Shown: positions 9,959 through 20,146 of the stretch, piece after piece
Position numbering within the stretch: position 1 is the first letter of the stretch
Layout of the letters: each line of letters begins with the position of its first letter
From: Planctomycetota bacterium
Lineage (GTDB): Bacteria; Planctomycetota; JAJSAM01; JAJVHW01
Assembly: GCA_965248445.1 (NCBI GenBank)
Contig: CBDFJG010000004.1
Coordinates: 928,001-992,000 of the forward strand
Direction: 5' to 3'
DNA: 64,000 nucleotides
Program-made: the position numbers and the translations under genes
Notes under the pieces: model-generated
What the model was told of the DNA's origin: nothing
Databases searched by the model: none
What the model saw: only the letters and a program-made list of their open reading frames with translations

Positions 9959-10854
9959 GCCGGAGCGTCGAGCGACCAGGTCGAGATCGTCTCCTCCGTG
10001 GTGAACCCGGCAGACTCGTAGAGCGCGCGAGCGTGCGAGTTGCCGGCGTACACGTCAAGCCGCACCGGTGCCGCGGAGCGCTCGAGTGCAGTGTGCATGC
10101 CCGCGATGAGCAGCGCGCGGCCGAGCCCGCGGCTCCGCGCGCCGGGTCGCACGACGAGGCTGTTGACGCACGCCTTGCCGCCGAACTCCTTCGTGTGGCA
10201 GAGGCCGATGACCTCAACGTCCCGCTCCGCGAACCACACGTGGCAACCCGGCACCGTGCGCATCTTCGCCAGGTCTTCCGGCGTCAGCTCGACGTGCGAC
10301 GGCGTGCCGCGAAATCCGATGTCGGTGAGTTCGCGCCACGTCGCGTCGTCGGCTGCGTCGCGCCGATCCGGGCGCAGGGTCACGCCGTCCGGCGGGGCAG
10401 GAACGGGAGGGACGGCTTCGCAGCGCATCCAGAGCGATGCGCGCACGACGCGGAAGCCCCGCGCCTCGAGGAACTGCTCCCCCTCCTTCCAGGCCGAGAG
10501 CGTGCTCGCCTGCCGGGTGACGTGGCCTGTGTCGTACGAGCACACTTCGTCATACATGCGCCTGCCGATGCCGCGCCGCCGCCAGTCCGGGTGCACGATG
10601 ATCCGGAAGTTGCGCAACTCGCGTTCCTCGTACGGACACCGCGACGTCATGAGGAGTGCGACCAGTCGGCCTTCCTCGAGTGCGACGCGGAAGTCGCGGC
10701 CACCGTGGTTCCACGACTGTGCAACGAAGCTCCGCCACTCGGTTGCGGATGTCGGCTCGTACGACGAGTCGCGCGCGACGAGCGCGTCGAAGAACGCGGA
10801 GACGGCCTCCGTGTCGCTGTCGCAAACGGGACGGATCTGAACGGCTGTGTCCAT
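9955..10854 (-). CDS. Tandem (dual-domain) GNAT N-acetyltransferase
   Basis: Two acetyl-CoA motifs, VHPDWRRRGIG and VRPGARSRGLG; NSHARALYESAGF. Confidence 0.9.
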   Translation of the reverse strand: MDTAVQIRPVCDSDTEAVSAFFDALVARDSSYEPTSATEWRSFVAQSWNHGGRDFRVALEEGRLVALLMTSRCPYEERELRNFRIIVHPDWRRRGIGRRMYDEVCSYDTGHVTRQASTLSAWKEGEQFLEARGFRVVRASLWMRCEAVPPVPAPPDGVTLRPDRRDAADDATWRELTDIGFRGTPSHVELTPEDLAKMRTVPGCHVWFAERDVEVIGLCHTKEFGGKACVNSLVVRPGARSRGLGRALLIAGMHTALERSAAPVRLDVYAGNSHARALYESAGFTTEETISTWSLDAPA

Positions 10855-11016
10855 CTCACAGAGAGGCTAAACGCAAGCGTCACCAAGCGGTTACGTCGTC
10901 GCCTGTTGTCGAATCAGTGTGCTCGGACGAGGACGCCCGGCCTCGAATTCGACGCTCCGCGAACGGCACGCGCGTTGCGCCCGTAGCTGTGGTTCCTGAC
11001 AAACAGGAGGTGAACC

Positions 11017-11763
11017 ATGTTGCTACGCAAGAGCATCCTGGCCGCGACGATCGCGGCCGCAGTCGCCGTCTCCGCGACGGGCACCGTTCTCGCCGATCAC
11101 GAGGAGGAGCAGCGCGTCCTCCACGCGGCGCGGGGTCCCGTCATCGTGGAACGGTCCGATCGGATCATGCTCGACCGCGCTCGCACGATGCGTCGCCTCG
11201 ACCGTGCGCTGGCCGAGGCAGACGAACTTGCGAAGCTCGTTCGGGAGGTCCAGCCGCACCCCGTGTGGGGGAGGCTCGCCGCGCCGTCAGAAGGCCGTGA
11301 GCGTCCCGGCGCAAGGGTGACCGAAGAGCGGGCACCGCTGCACGGCATCCAACGACCGCAGAGGATCGACCGCGACGAGATCCTGCGGCGCACCGAAGCG
11401 CTCAACCGGGAACTGGTGGCACTGCGCCGCCGTGTGGAGCGCGCTCCGGCCGCCCCCGTCGTTCGGGTGATCGAACCCATCGCCGATCATGCACTGCACG
11501 GCTTCCTCGGAAGTGTCCAGCGGGCGCGTTTCTCGAGCGACAAGCTCGCTCGGGTGCGTGGTCTCGTCGGGCGCTCTCACATGACGGCGGCCCAGGCCGC
11601 TCTGATCATGCGGGTCCTGCCGTCGTGGATCCAGGTGGACGCCGGTGTGCTGCTCTACGGAGCGGTTCTCGACGCCGAGCGCTTCGATCTGGTCTTCGCG
11701 GAGCTTCGCTACCGCGGCGATCGATACGCCCTGAGGGGCCGTCTGGCGCGCATCCGTCGCTGA
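11017..11763 (+). CDS. Secreted protein with C-terminal DUF4476-like domain
   Basis: AGGAGG RBS, signal peptide, C-terminal FSSDKL...TAAQA...LYGAVLDAERF pattern. Confidence 0.7.
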   Translation: MLLRKSILAATIAAAVAVSATGTVLADHEEEQRVLHAARGPVIVERSDRIMLDRARTMRRLDRALAEADELAKLVREVQPHPVWGRLAAPSEGRERPGARVTEERAPLHGIQRPQRIDRDEILRRTEALNRELVALRRRVERAPAAPVVRVIEPIADHALHGFLGSVQRARFSSDKLARVRGLVGRSHMTAAQAALIMRVLPSWIQVDAGVLLYGAVLDAERFDLVFAELRYRGDRYALRGRLARIRR

Positions 11764-11782
11764 CCCCCGATACCGCAGTCTC

Positions 11783-11814
11783 ACGCGCCGCCGCGCTCCC
11801 GCGCGGCGGCGCGT
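11783..11814 (+). terminator. Perfect 14-bp GC hairpin downstream of the DUF4476 gene, putative terminator
   Basis: ACGCGCCGCCGCGC-TCCC-GCGCGGCGGCGCGT; no strong U-tract. Confidence 0.55.
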
Positions 11815-11868
11815 CTCTCGTTGTCCCCCGTTTGTCACCCTTCCCGGCCCGGCGGGTACGATCTGCGC

Positions 11869-13260
11869 ATGCGATCGGGTAAGGGGTTCTTCATCGCGCT
11901 GGCCGTGGCCGCGTCGTTGCTCGCGTGCCGCAGCACGAGCGAGCAGCAGGCTGCCCAGCGCCGGTCTGCCGCGGCCGAGATCGGCCAGCCACGCCCCGCC
12001 GACGTCGCGGTGCGCTTGTTCGTGACCGCCGAGACGCGCGGCTTCCTCGGGCCCTGCGGGTGCGAGGAGAAGCAGCAGGGCGGATTCCCACGCCGCGCCA
12101 CCTACCTCGCCTCGGTGTCCGGCGGCGACGATCTGCGCATCGACCTCGGCAACCTGGCACCGGGCAAGGGCGCGCTGAAGGACCTGCGAGTACGCGCGAT
12201 ACTCGATGCGCTGGAGCGCACGCACTACGACGTGCTCGTGCCGGGCAAGTACGAGGTGGAACTTGGGCCGCAGTTCCGTGTCGAAGCCGGAGCGCGCCGC
12301 GACGTTCACGTCGTGTGCGCGAACCTCCTGGACGGGGCGGGTGCGCCCGTCTTCCCGTCGACGTACCTTCACACTCTGGCCGACGGGCGGCGCATAGCGG
12401 TCATCGGCGTCACAGACGACCGCACGAAAGCGCCGGCCGGGCTGCAGGTCGCACCGGCTGCGGGCGCGGTGCGGACGGCCGTCGAGTTCGTCACCGACGC
12501 CGACGCGATCGTGCTCGCGGCGGCGATGCCGTACGCGCGGGCAGCGGAACTTGCGCGCGCGGTGCCGGGCGTCACGGTCGTGCTCGCCAGCGAGACTGCC
12601 GAGGACGATGAGATGATGATGGGCGGCGGCAAGGCGGATCCTGCCGGAGAGGGGTTCCGCAGCAACGCACCGCCGCTCGTGACCGCCGGGGAATTCGCCG
12701 CGTACGTGCGCCGCGTGGATCTCGACGCCGGGCTGGCACCGACTGCGACGTGGCGCGCGTGGCTGGGCGAGGAGGTCGCCGACGACGCGGAACTGGCGAC
12801 CCTCGTGAAGCAGTTCCGCCAGGACGCGATTGCGCTGGATCCGAACCTCGTCCCCGACATCTGGAAGGGCCTCACTGCACGCGGATTCGCCGGTTCGCAC
12901 ACGTGCGCGCCATGCCACTCGGGCGACCACTCGACGTGGGCGGACTCGCTGCACGGACGGGCGATGAAGATCCTCGTCGAACGCGATTCGAACCGGGACC
13001 CGGAGTGCGTCCCGTGCCACCTCGTGGACGTTCCCGCGGACGGTTCGCGTGAGATCGCCCAAGCGGACAGACTCGGCGTCGGCTGCGAGGGCTGCCATGG
13101 CGGACGCGACGAGCACGTCGCGCTCGCGCGGGCGGGTCAGCTCCCCGCGGATCCCCCCGACGATCGCGCCTCCGAGGGCTGTCGCGGCTGCCACCACCCG
13201 CCCGAGGTGAAGACGTTCGACTTCGAGATCCAGTGGCCGCGGATCAGCCACGGCCGGTAG
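11869..13260 (+). CDS. Lipoprotein: degenerate UshA/5'-nucleotidase-like domain fused to a tetraheme c554-type cytochrome
   Basis: Lipobox LLAC; GFLGPCGC...GGFPRRAT; CxxCH x4 (CAPCH, CVPCH, CEGCH, CRGCH). Confidence 0.85.
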   Translation: MRSGKGFFIALAVAASLLACRSTSEQQAAQRRSAAAEIGQPRPADVAVRLFVTAETRGFLGPCGCEEKQQGGFPRRATYLASVSGGDDLRIDLGNLAPGKGALKDLRVRAILDALERTHYDVLVPGKYEVELGPQFRVEAGARRDVHVVCANLLDGAGAPVFPSTYLHTLADGRRIAVIGVTDDRTKAPAGLQVAPAAGAVRTAVEFVTDADAIVLAAAMPYARAAELARAVPGVTVVLASETAEDDEMMMGGGKADPAGEGFRSNAPPLVTAGEFAAYVRRVDLDAGLAPTATWRAWLGEEVADDAELATLVKQFRQDAIALDPNLVPDIWKGLTARGFAGSHTCAPCHSGDHSTWADSLHGRAMKILVERDSNRDPECVPCHLVDVPADGSREIAQADRLGVGCEGCHGGRDEHVALARAGQLPADPPDDRASEGCRGCHHPPEVKTFDFEIQWPRISHGR

Positions 13261-13268
13261 CGCGGCCG

Positions 13269-14042
13269 TCAGAGAGGCGTCAACTCGACGCCCCGTTCGT
13301 CCAGCGCCGCCGCCAGAGCGGGATCACACAACACCGCCGTCTCTCGGTCGCGGGCGTCCGATGATGTGAACCCCGTGGCCGGTCGAGCTCCCGGATGCAC
13401 CATGAACTCGAGCGTCTCCGCTCCGGCATCGCGGGCGGCGTCGACTTCCGCCAGGAACGCCGCGAGCGACGGGTCCCGTGCAAACGCGTGACCCGCGAAC
13501 GCGGCGCCGGGCGCCGCGGCGGCCCGCGCGCACCCCTCGGCGAACAGCGCGTCGAACTCCTCGGGTGTGAACCCGGCCGGCACGCGAACCCACGCGCCGG
13601 GTGCCAGCTCTGCGACAGCCGCAGTGACGGACTCGCAGACGTCGGGAAGGACGTGCACGTGGTTGTGCCCGTTCACGAACGCCGGAGCGCGGCCGAGCAA
13701 GTCGGCGAGCGTGAGGAACTGAGCGCGCACCTCCGCCTGCACTTCGTCGAGCGCGACGGCACCGTGGCTGAGCGCGGTCCAGACCCCGCGCTTGTCCCCG
13801 GAGAAGCAGACCCGGCCGAGGTCGCTGCATGCTTCGGACACAGGCGCGCCGTCGGTGAGGTTCAAATGCAGCCCCAGCGAGAGGTCGGTCAGGAGAGCCG
13901 CCCTGGCGAACGCTGCGGCTGTGGGGCCGTTGACGGCGACCGACGCGCAGGTGACCACGCCGTCCTGCGCGGCGCGGAGGATCGCATCGTCACTCGCCGG
14001 CGCGAAACCCGCGTCGTCCGCCACTACTGCCAGTCGCATCAC
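13269..14042 (-). CDS. ChbG/HpnK (YdjC) family carbohydrate deacetylase
   Basis: VVADDAG, LGLHLNLTDG, NGHNHVH, EFMVHPG, RDRE. Confidence 0.9.
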   Translation of the reverse strand: MMRLAVVADDAGFAPASDDAILRAAQDGVVTCASVAVNGPTAAAFARAALLTDLSLGLHLNLTDGAPVSEACSDLGRVCFSGDKRGVWTALSHGAVALDEVQAEVRAQFLTLADLLGRAPAFVNGHNHVHVLPDVCESVTAAVAELAPGAWVRVPAGFTPEEFDALFAEGCARAAAAPGAAFAGHAFARDPSLAAFLAEVDAARDAGAETLEFMVHPGARPATGFTSSDARDRETAVLCDPALAAALDERGVELTPL

Positions 14043-17000
14043 GTGTCACCGCCCATCGCCCTGACCCGGCGGTACGTCGCGTAGTTCGCGAGCATCTTCT
14101 GCGCGGTCTCCTCCGGCACGCGCGCGAGGACCTCGTCGAGGATCTGATTCGCTTCGGCGGCCAGCGTCGGCTCTCCGGTGGCGTCGTGGAGCGTTGCGAG
14201 CAGTGACATCCGCGACGTGACGCCGATGCGATGTCGCGTCTCCGCGTAGGCGAGGAGCGCCTTCTGCCGCGCGGAGCTGTCGAGCCGGTCGACGTGCGCA
14301 GTGACCGCTACGAGGTACAGCCGGGCAAGCGGTGTCCCTTCTCCGTCGAGCGTCCTTCGCGCCTGCCCGAGCCACTTGCGTGCCTGCTCGGTCTCACCCT
14401 CTCGGGCGAAGTCCGCGGCAAGACCGACCATCTCATGCGCGACCTCGCCTCCGTGGCCGGCCTCGCGATACTCCTCGATGGCTTCGAGGGTGCACTCGCG
14501 CGCGTACGCCTCGTTGCCGCGGACCGATGCGAGCGACCCGCGCAACGCCGTAACCGTGGCAGTGAGTCGCTTGCTCCCCGTCGCCGCGACGATCTCCGCG
14601 CCGCGCTCGAGATCGCGCTCTGCGGACTCGGGGTTTCCGAGCTGGAGATACAGGCGCGCCCGATTCACCACATCGTAGCCTTCGTCCTTCAGCGCGCCGA
14701 TCGCCCGGTGCAACTCGAGGCTCTCGCACCGCGCCTCGAGCGAGTCGAGCAGGCGCCCCTTGGCGTGCAGGCCCGCTGCGATGTAGCGCTGCGAGTTCGC
14801 CTCGACCGCCTGCGATCCGAGCTCCCTCGCGAGCCGCCGCGCAGCTTCGTGACACACGCGCGCCTCGTCGAAGCGGCCGAGCTGGAACAGGTCCGTGCCG
14901 AGATTGAGCGTCGCCACCATCTCGCCGTTTCGATTCCCGATCTCGCGGGCCATGTCGCGCGCACGCTCGTGCCACTCGCGCGACTCGTCGATGCGCCCGA
15001 GGTTCATGAGGTCGTTGCCGTAGCTGTTCGTCGCGACCTGTTCCCTGTGCCGGTCTCCCGCGGAGCGGGCCTGTTCGAGGCCCCGGCGGTGGTGCACGAG
15101 TGCTTCGTCGAGCCGGCCCACGCTACGAAGCGTGTTTCCGAACCGGATGCTCGCGGCCGCGCGGGCCGCGTCGTCGCCTGCGTCGTCGAGCAACGCCACC
15201 GCGCGCTCGTGCGCCACGACGGCCTCTGCGTTGCGACCCTGCTGCGCAAGCGTGAAACCGAGGTGGCTTGCAGACGTGCCTTCGAGCGAGCGCTCGCCCC
15301 CCTCGCGTGCGATCTTCTCCGCCTCTTGGTACGCCGCGAGCGCAGCCTCGTACTTCGACGTCACGCGGAGCAGATTGCCGAAGGCGAGCCGAGCCATCGT
15401 TCGTAGCTCGTTGTCCGCGAGTTCGTCGGCCAACTCGACAACCTGGTCGGCGACGACGCCCTGTTCGCGGCGCTTGCCGAGATAACCCAGGTTGCGTCCG
15501 AGCGTAAGCATCAGCTGCGCGCGGATCGGGCCGCGCGGTGCCCCGGGCAGGACGAGGGCGTCGCGCACGAGAGCGACGACGGCCGCTCGCTCGTGCCGCG
15601 CCTCGAGGTGCGCGAGTGCGGGTTCGATGTGCGGAGCCGCCTCGTCGCTGCGTTGAGCCGCGACCCAATGGTGTGCGATCTCCGCGTGCGCCCCGCCGTC
15701 GTAGTCCCCGGCGGCCCGACGCGCGAGCGTCGCTGCGAGCAGCGCGTGATACTCCTCGCGCAGCAATGGAGAGAGCCGGTCGTAGAGCGCCTCGCGGATC
15801 TGGTGGTGGTCGAAGACGTAACGGCGCCCGCGGCCACGCACGAGACGATGCTCGTCCTCGAGGTGCGCGAGCTGTTTCAGGAGCGGGATGCGAGGGCGCT
15901 CGAGCGCTTCGCCGATCAGGAGCGGATCGAAGTCGAGTCCGGCGCACGCCGCGAGGTCCAGCAGGTCGCGGTCGTGTCGCGGCAGCCCGGACAAGCGCTC
16001 GAGCACGAGATCGACGATCGTCGAGGGCACCGTCACGTCGTGAATGGGTTCTGTCGCCACGAACCGGCCGGAGTCGTCGCGATGGATGCGTCCGGCTTCA
16101 TCGAGTCCGCGCAGGATCTCGAGCGCAAACAGTGGATTGCCGTCGGACTTGCGAGCGACTTGCGGCTCGATGTCGTTCGCGAGGACCTCGGAGCCGAGCG
16201 CATCCGCGAGCAGCTGGCCGAGGTCGCGTGGGCCGAGCCGGCGCAGCGTCAGACGCGACGCTTGTGTGAGGCGGTCGATCGAGAGCGTGAAGCCGTCGGG
16301 CAGCCCCGGCCGCGCGGTCCCTAGCAGCAGGATGCGTGACGCCTCGATGCCGCGCGCAAGCGCGAGGAAGTGCGACCGCCCGTCGTCCGCCGCGAGGTGT
16401 AGATCCTCGACCAGGAGCACGACCGTGCGGTGTTCGGAGAGCGATTGAGCGATGCGCACGAACACGCCGGGGAGAGTCGCGGTCGTCAGGGGGGCGGCGT
16501 CCGGCGGCGGTGCGTCGCCGCGCAGGAGCGCCGCAAACGCGGGCACGAGCATCGGGGTCTCGGACAGGTGTCGCTCGAGCGACTCGATGACGTCCGAACC
16601 GGCGAACCGTGCGGCGAGCGCATCCGTGAGGGCACCGACCGCGGTCGCGGCGCCGCTGGCTCCGTGCCCTCCGAAGATGAAGTCGATCGCCGCGCCATCG
16701 GCGCGAAGACGTTCGACGAGTGCGTCCACGAGGCGCGACTTACCGATGCCCGCTTCGCCCTCGATGAGGACGGACCGGCCGTGTCCCTCGTTCGCCTCTG
16801 CGAACGCCCGCTGCAACCGATCCAGTTCGTCGTCACGTCCGACCACGCGCGTCGCGCGCTCCACCGTCATCCGCCGGATCGCGATGGTCTCGTCGCCACC
16901 ACCGTGTTCGCGGCGCTGCCACCACTGCGAGTCCTCGCCCTGTTCCAGCGCTTCGGCGAGCGCGTCGGCCGACGGGAACCGCGCATCCGCGTCTTTCCGT

Positions 17001-17770
17001 AGCAACTGGGACACCGCGGCCGCGAGAAACGGCGAAACGTGCGGGGCGATCTCGGTCAGGAGTGGCGGCGTGTCCTTCAGGATCGCGCGGATCATGCGTC
17101 GCAGATCGCCGGCGGGGAACGGGCCGCGGCCGGCGCCGACCTCGAACAGGATGAGTCCCAGCGCGTAGAGATCCGTCGCCGCGCCGATGTCTTCTCCGTC
17201 CCCGCGCAATTGCTCCGGCGCCGCGTACGCGATGGAACCCACGAACGTCCCGGTGGTCGAGAGACGGATCGCCTCGTCGGCCAGCCGCGCCGCGCCGAGG
17301 TCCATGATCTTCACCGCGTGGTCGGGAGTGATCAGGATGTTCTCCGGCTTGAGGTCGCGGTGCACCGCGCCGGCATCGTGGATCGCTGTGAGGCCGCGTG
17401 CGACCTCGGCGCCCACGTGGCGGCAGATCTGCTCGGGCACCCGCGGCATCTCCCGCAGAAGGTCGCCCAACGTCTGGCCCTCGACGAACTCCATGACGAG
17501 GAGATGGTGGGTGCGCTCCGCGTCCTGCACGGCCTCGACGCCGTAGACGCGCACCACGTTGCGGTGGTGGATGCGGCGTCCGACGTCCGCTTCGCGACGG
17601 AAACGCTCGATGATCCCCGGCCGTTCGAGAAGGTGCGGGTGCACGACCTTGATCGCCACTTCGGTGCCCGTCGCGAGGCCGAGGGCGGGCTCGGCGGTCC
17701 GCGCCAGCACGACCCGCCCGAATCCGCCGGCGCCGAGTTCGCGGAGGGTCTCGAAACGGCCGAGTCGCAT
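14039..17770 (-). CDS. Ser/Thr protein kinase + STAND-type AAA ATPase + TPR repeats
   Basis: LGAGGFG, VAIK, HRDLKPEN, DLG, YAAPE; Walker A GEAGIGKS, Walker B LLVEDLH, GNPLF, FDHHQIRE; C-terminal TPRs. Start set at ATG 17770. Confidence 0.92.
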   Translation of the reverse strand: MRLGRFETLRELGAGGFGRVVLARTAEPALGLATGTEVAIKVVHPHLLERPGIIERFRREADVGRRIHHRNVVRVYGVEAVQDAERTHHLLVMEFVEGQTLGDLLREMPRVPEQICRHVGAEVARGLTAIHDAGAVHRDLKPENILITPDHAVKIMDLGAARLADEAIRLSTTGTFVGSIAYAAPEQLRGDGEDIGAATDLYALGLILFEVGAGRGPFPAGDLRRMIRAILKDTPPLLTEIAPHVSPFLAAAVSQLLRKDADARFPSADALAEALEQGEDSQWWQRREHGGGDETIAIRRMTVERATRVVGRDDELDRLQRAFAEANEGHGRSVLIEGEAGIGKSRLVDALVERLRADGAAIDFIFGGHGASGAATAVGALTDALAARFAGSDVIESLERHLSETPMLVPAFAALLRGDAPPPDAAPLTTATLPGVFVRIAQSLSEHRTVVLLVEDLHLAADDGRSHFLALARGIEASRILLLGTARPGLPDGFTLSIDRLTQASRLTLRRLGPRDLGQLLADALGSEVLANDIEPQVARKSDGNPLFALEILRGLDEAGRIHRDDSGRFVATEPIHDVTVPSTIVDLVLERLSGLPRHDRDLLDLAACAGLDFDPLLIGEALERPRIPLLKQLAHLEDEHRLVRGRGRRYVFDHHQIREALYDRLSPLLREEYHALLAATLARRAAGDYDGGAHAEIAHHWVAAQRSDEAAPHIEPALAHLEARHERAAVVALVRDALVLPGAPRGPIRAQLMLTLGRNLGYLGKRREQGVVADQVVELADELADNELRTMARLAFGNLLRVTSKYEAALAAYQEAEKIAREGGERSLEGTSASHLGFTLAQQGRNAEAVVAHERAVALLDDAGDDAARAAASIRFGNTLRSVGRLDEALVHHRRGLEQARSAGDRHREQVATNSYGNDLMNLGRIDESREWHERARDMAREIGNRNGEMVATLNLGTDLFQLGRFDEARVCHEAARRLARELGSQAVEANSQRYIAAGLHAKGRLLDSLEARCESLELHRAIGALKDEGYDVVNRARLYLQLGNPESAERDLERGAEIVAATGSKRLTATVTALRGSLASVRGNEAYARECTLEAIEEYREAGHGGEVAHEMVGLAADFAREGETEQARKWLGQARRTLDGEGTPLARLYLVAVTAHVDRLDSSARQKALLAYAETRHRIGVTSRMSLLATLHDATGEPTLAAEANQILDEVLARVPEETAQKMLANYATYRRVRAMGGDT

Positions 17771-17876
17771 GACTCCGCTTATACCCGGAAGACTTCGGCG
17801 ATCCGGGAGGCAAGGATCTGGTCGTCGCCGACTCCGAGCGAGGCTAGCCTCTGCGCCCCTCACCAGGAGACCCGCG

Positions 17877-18380
17877 ATGACGAACGTGACCCTCAAGGGC
17901 AGCCCCTTCCCTCTGGCCGGCGAGTTGCCGGCCGTCGGTGCCGCAGCGCCGGCCTTCAACCTCGTGAAGCAGGACCTCAGCGGGGTGGGCAACGCCGACT
18001 TCGAGGGCCGCACGGTGGTGCTGCTGACCGTGCCCAGTCTGGACACGCCGGTGTGCGCCATCGAGACGCGGAAGTTCAACGAGCGCGCCGCGGGCCTCGA
18101 CGGAGTGGACGTGCTGGTCGCGAGTTCCGATCTCCCCTTCGCGATCAAGCGGTTTTGCGGGGCCGAGGGCATCGAGCACGTTGACGGCGTATCGGACTTG
18201 CGAGACCGTGGCTTCGCCGCCCGCTGGGGCGTGGCGATCGCCGACGGGCCGCTCACGGGCTGCATGGCGCGCGCGGCGTTCGTGATCGGCGAGGACGGCG
18301 CTGTCGTCTACGCCGAACTCGTCACCGAGATCGCGGACGAGCCGGACTACGACGCGATCCTCAGCGCTGCTGCCGGCTAG
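17877..18380 (+). CDS. tpx: Thiol peroxidase (atypical 2-Cys peroxiredoxin)
   Basis: VPSLDTPVC, SDLPFAIKRFCGAEG, EIADEPDYD; AGGAG RBS. Confidence 0.95.
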   Translation: MTNVTLKGSPFPLAGELPAVGAAAPAFNLVKQDLSGVGNADFEGRTVVLLTVPSLDTPVCAIETRKFNERAAGLDGVDVLVASSDLPFAIKRFCGAEGIEHVDGVSDLRDRGFAARWGVAIADGPLTGCMARAAFVIGEDGAVVYAELVTEIADEPDYDAILSAAAG

Positions 18381-18498
18381 CGGGCATCGTTCACCAGGGC
18401 GACTCGGCGCTGGATCGAGGGCTCGCCGGGACTCTAACCTCGTCGCATGTGGGGGGGCCGCCGCACAGCCGCCGGCACGCTCCGACCAGGAGGCGCAC

Positions 18499-19374
18499 AT
18501 GGACGTACCCGACATCCGTAGCGCGTGGGACTTGAGCGATCCCGCGGCAACCGAAGAGCGCTTCCGCGACATGTACGAGACCACGTCGTCGGATGACGGA
18601 CGCGCCGAAATCCTGACGCAGATTGCACGCACCAAGGGGCTGCGGAAGCAGTTCGACGAAGCGCACGCGATCCTCGACGACGTCGAGCCGATGCTGCGGG
18701 ACGGCGCGCCGAGGCCGCGGGTGCGCTACTGCCTCGAACGCGGCCGCGCGTTCAACTCCTTCGGAACGCCCGAGAAGGCGACCCCACTGTTCCAGCAGGC
18801 GTACGACGTCGCGCAAGCCGCCGACCTGCACGGGCTCGCGGTGGACGCGCTCCACATGCTGGCGATCGCAGCGAAGGCGCCGCGCGAACAGCTCCGTCAC
18901 ACAGAGGCCGCGATCAAGTACATCGATGAGTGCGGCGATCCGTCGGTGCGGGGATGGCTCGGCCCCTTGCTGAACAACTCGGGGTGGACGTACCACGACG
19001 AGCTGCACGAGTACGAGAAGGCGCTCGAGGTCTTCACGAAGGGCGCGGCGTTCCGTGACGAACAGGGCGTGAGCGAGCAGAGCTTCGTCGCGCACTACAC
19101 GGTTGGCCGCGCGTTGCGCAGCCTCGAACGCTACGAAGACGCGCTGACGAAGCAGGGAGAGGTCCGCGCGATGCGTGAGGACGCAGGAGCCAAGCCCTCC
19201 GGCTTCGTCTTCGAAGAGATTGGTGAATGCGAATTGGCCCTCGGCCGGACGGAGCAGGAGGTGCAACCGCACTTCGCCGAGGCGTGGTCGCTGTTGAAGG
19301 ACGTGCAGTGGATCAAGAACAGCCAGCCCGAGCGTTACGAACGCATTCGCCGGCTGGCCGGCGTTTCGGAGTGA
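18499..19374 (+). CDS. Tetratricopeptide repeat protein
   Basis: WDLSDPAATEERF, EILTQIART, LERGRAFNS, AVDALHMLAI, LLNNSGW helical repeats; AGGAGG RBS. Confidence 0.8.
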   Translation: MDVPDIRSAWDLSDPAATEERFRDMYETTSSDDGRAEILTQIARTKGLRKQFDEAHAILDDVEPMLRDGAPRPRVRYCLERGRAFNSFGTPEKATPLFQQAYDVAQAADLHGLAVDALHMLAIAAKAPREQLRHTEAAIKYIDECGDPSVRGWLGPLLNNSGWTYHDELHEYEKALEVFTKGAAFRDEQGVSEQSFVAHYTVGRALRSLERYEDALTKQGEVRAMREDAGAKPSGFVFEEIGECELALGRTEQEVQPHFAEAWSLLKDVQWIKNSQPERYERIRRLAGVSE

Positions 19375-19471
19375 GCTGGTGCATGCACGCGACGCGTGTC
19401 GCGCGCTACACTTCTTGTTCGCGCCGTCAGGCTCAATCTAAACGCGGCGCGTGAGAGGGGGGGGGGGGGAG

Positions 19472-20020
19472 ATGACCGATCAACCGCAGTCACCTCGTGC
19501 CATCACGATCAACAGCGGCCCGCCGAACGTAGCGATCCTGGCGCAGATCGAGCACACGCTGGGAACACAGCTGCCGGACGGCGACTACTGGTACGACTAC
19601 CGATGCGGCGCGTGTGGACTCATGGGCGGCCCCGCGCAGGGATTCCTGCGGCCGGGTCTCGCACTAGGGGGACCGCTGCCGCCGAATGCTTCCGGCGATA
19701 GTGGGACCGGTTGCTTCGTCAACGGGCGTGAACTGCATACGCTCGACATCGTGGGCCTCAATCAGCTCCTCATGCGCGCCGGAGGGCAATGCCTGCCGGG
19801 GCGGTGGTCCCTCGACGCGACGGGAAACCTCGGCCCCGAGAACGGCATTCCGATGATCAACCTCGTGCAGCTCGCGAGCATGGGCGCGCCCGGTGCGTTC
19901 GGTGGCGCGACGGGCGGGGGTGACAACTCGTGGAGCACGCGTTACGCCTCCGGCAACTCATCGGGCGGAGCCGGGTTCATCCAGTTCTCCGGCGGAGGCT
20001 CCGTCAGCTACGGGATGTAG
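19472..20020 (+). CDS. Hypothetical protein with a YWYD...FVNGREL domain and a Gly/Ser-rich tail
   Basis: Good codon usage; preceded by a G13 tract. Confidence 0.75.
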   Translation: MTDQPQSPRAITINSGPPNVAILAQIEHTLGTQLPDGDYWYDYRCGACGLMGGPAQGFLRPGLALGGPLPPNASGDSGTGCFVNGRELHTLDIVGLNQLLMRAGGQCLPGRWSLDATGNLGPENGIPMINLVQLASMGAPGAFGGATGGGDNSWSTRYASGNSSGGAGFIQFSGGGSVSYGM

Positions 20021-20146
20021 GGGCGGGGTGTTGGCAAGCGGCGCGACCGCAGCCCTCCGAAGGCGGCGTAGGAGGGAGACATGCGCCCGAAGCGTGGCCG
20101 AGGATCGCCCCGCGATCCGCCGGCCACGCGCACGGGCGCTCGCTGC

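Noticed and set aside
12040..12100. Selenoprotein call for the UshA-like cytochrome
   Set aside because: Both codons of the CGC motif are TGC; there is no in-frame TGA.
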